NCBI GenBank assembly: GCA_964270895.1
Contig: OZ185444.1
Length of the DNA: 64,000 nt
Origin: Podarcis filfolensis
Lineage: Eukaryota
Reading direction: 5' to 3' (one strand)
The position numbers were made by a program, and so were the translations under genes. This document shows positions 62,960-64,000 of the stretch, one piece after another; within the stretch, counting starts at the first letter, position 1; every line of letters begins with the position of its first letter. The notes below the pieces were generated by a model that saw only the letters and a program-made list of their open reading frames with translations, had not been told where the DNA came from and made no database searches.

Positions 62960-63135
62960 GATGTTGGTTTTCGCTCGGAGGCTCTCTGCACCATCCTGCA
63001 ACAGGAAGTTCTGCTGCAGGAGGATGTTGAACTGATTGAGCTACTTGACCCCAGTATCCTGTCTGCAGGGCAGCCCAAGCAACAGGAACATGGACATCTT
63101 CCAACGCTACGCTCCCTAGCAACTCCTAATATTTG
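62960..63135 (+). CDS. VEZT: VEZT coding exon 4 ([59 protein letters not shown])
   Basis: [25 protein letters not shown] vezatin signature; acceptor aattaag, donor TTG|gtattg; 176 nt. Gene continues beyond the window. Confidence 0.96.
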
Positions 63136-63227
63136 GTATTGCCTTGGGCTATCTGCATAGATTACAAGCTCTGTTGGAGGAAGTATCTTGCTCTTCACAT
63201 ATCTAACCTCTTAGAGAACAGGAATTG

Positions 63228-63274
<47 letters not shown>
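63228..63274. repeat. (TCTT)n microsatellite about 90 nt downstream of VEZT exon 4
   Basis: Read directly. Confidence 0.92.
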
Positions 63275-64000
63275 GGTTCTTATTATTCAAGCTTCTATCC
63301 CATGGATTTAGAATTGACTTCACCTTTGTGTATTCTTTGCTTTGCATTAATTTGTGCAGTGTACAGCAGGAGCATATTTTCTTAGGTGTGAAATTTTGAA
63401 GATGGTTAGCCACAAGTGTGCATGTGATATTCCCTTTTTAACAGTTTATTACCCTATCTCTTGCATTGATTTTTACTGCTCTGGCAATTGATAAGCCCAT
63501 TTTTCTTAGTGAGCTTTCTATTTTGTGGGCCTGTATTCTGGGCTACTTTAACATACTCTCCCCCACCCACCTCCCCGTTATGTTTATTTGAGGCTAATGG
63601 AAAGAGTGTGCTGTTTCCACACAAATTCAGGTTCTTTGGATTTTGCATCATTTGATTAAAATCTTTTTTTGTCATCTTGAGAGAGGCTCACTATACAAGC
63701 CTGGATGTAGAATATATACTGCATAAATATTATGTCTCTGGTTCATTTTAGGCAATTCTGTTGGTTCTTCTGGTCCGTTCTTTAGATTACATGGGTTGCA
63801 CACATAATAATGTTGTAATGACCAATGTTTCAAGAAGTAGCATTTGATAAGAGAATGCAAATTTGTCACAGTTTATAACATGCAAGAAGGGAACTAGACT
63901 TATTCATGGTGAATGTTTTAGTGTCCCTGCAGAGACTTGTATTTTGCAACAATTCTGCAAATGTGACAAAAACAAGTGAGAGAAGCTTTGCTGCTGAGCA

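Noticed and set aside
457-63135. Possible minor-spliceosome (U12) or GC-AG introns in either gene
   Set aside because: Every traced junction is GT-AG and none has the GTATCCTT U12 donor.

Overview
Vertebrate genomic DNA from a squamate reptile. Sauria-SINE, Bov-B-type tails, CR1, L2-type tails and lizard-type MITEs point to a lizard, possibly a lacertid (inference). The window holds two head-to-head genes sharing a CpG-island promoter, with start codons 538 bp apart. FGD6 (DH/RhoGEF-PH-FYVE-PH protein) is on the minus strand: I traced coding exons 1-19 by hand (46246 down to 457). All have GT-AG junctions, the frame is continuous over 4122 nt (1374 codons), and the last exons lie left of the window. 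VEZT (vezatin) is on the plus strand, with coding exons 1-4 at 46784-63135. The rest is intron carrying many small transposon copies and microsatellites. Apart from FGD6 exon 2 and partial overlaps with real exons, the supplied ORF track looks like noise or antisense shadow. I see no CRISPR array, rRNA, tRNA gene or intact transposase, and no convincing wholly new biological system. The best leads are candidate alternative exons outside the canonical exon chains, all untested hypotheses. (1) A phase-matched exon pair in VEZT intron 1 would add 47 aa, or a stop, depending on which of three in-frame AGs is used. (2) An 86-nt FGD6 exon has a TATA box upstream and could replace exons 2+3 in frame. 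(3) A candidate alternative first exon in FGD6 intron 5 encodes a Trp/Cys-rich N-terminus. There are also uORFs on both sides of the promoter and a near-perfect hairpin MITE carrying ZNF143-type motifs.
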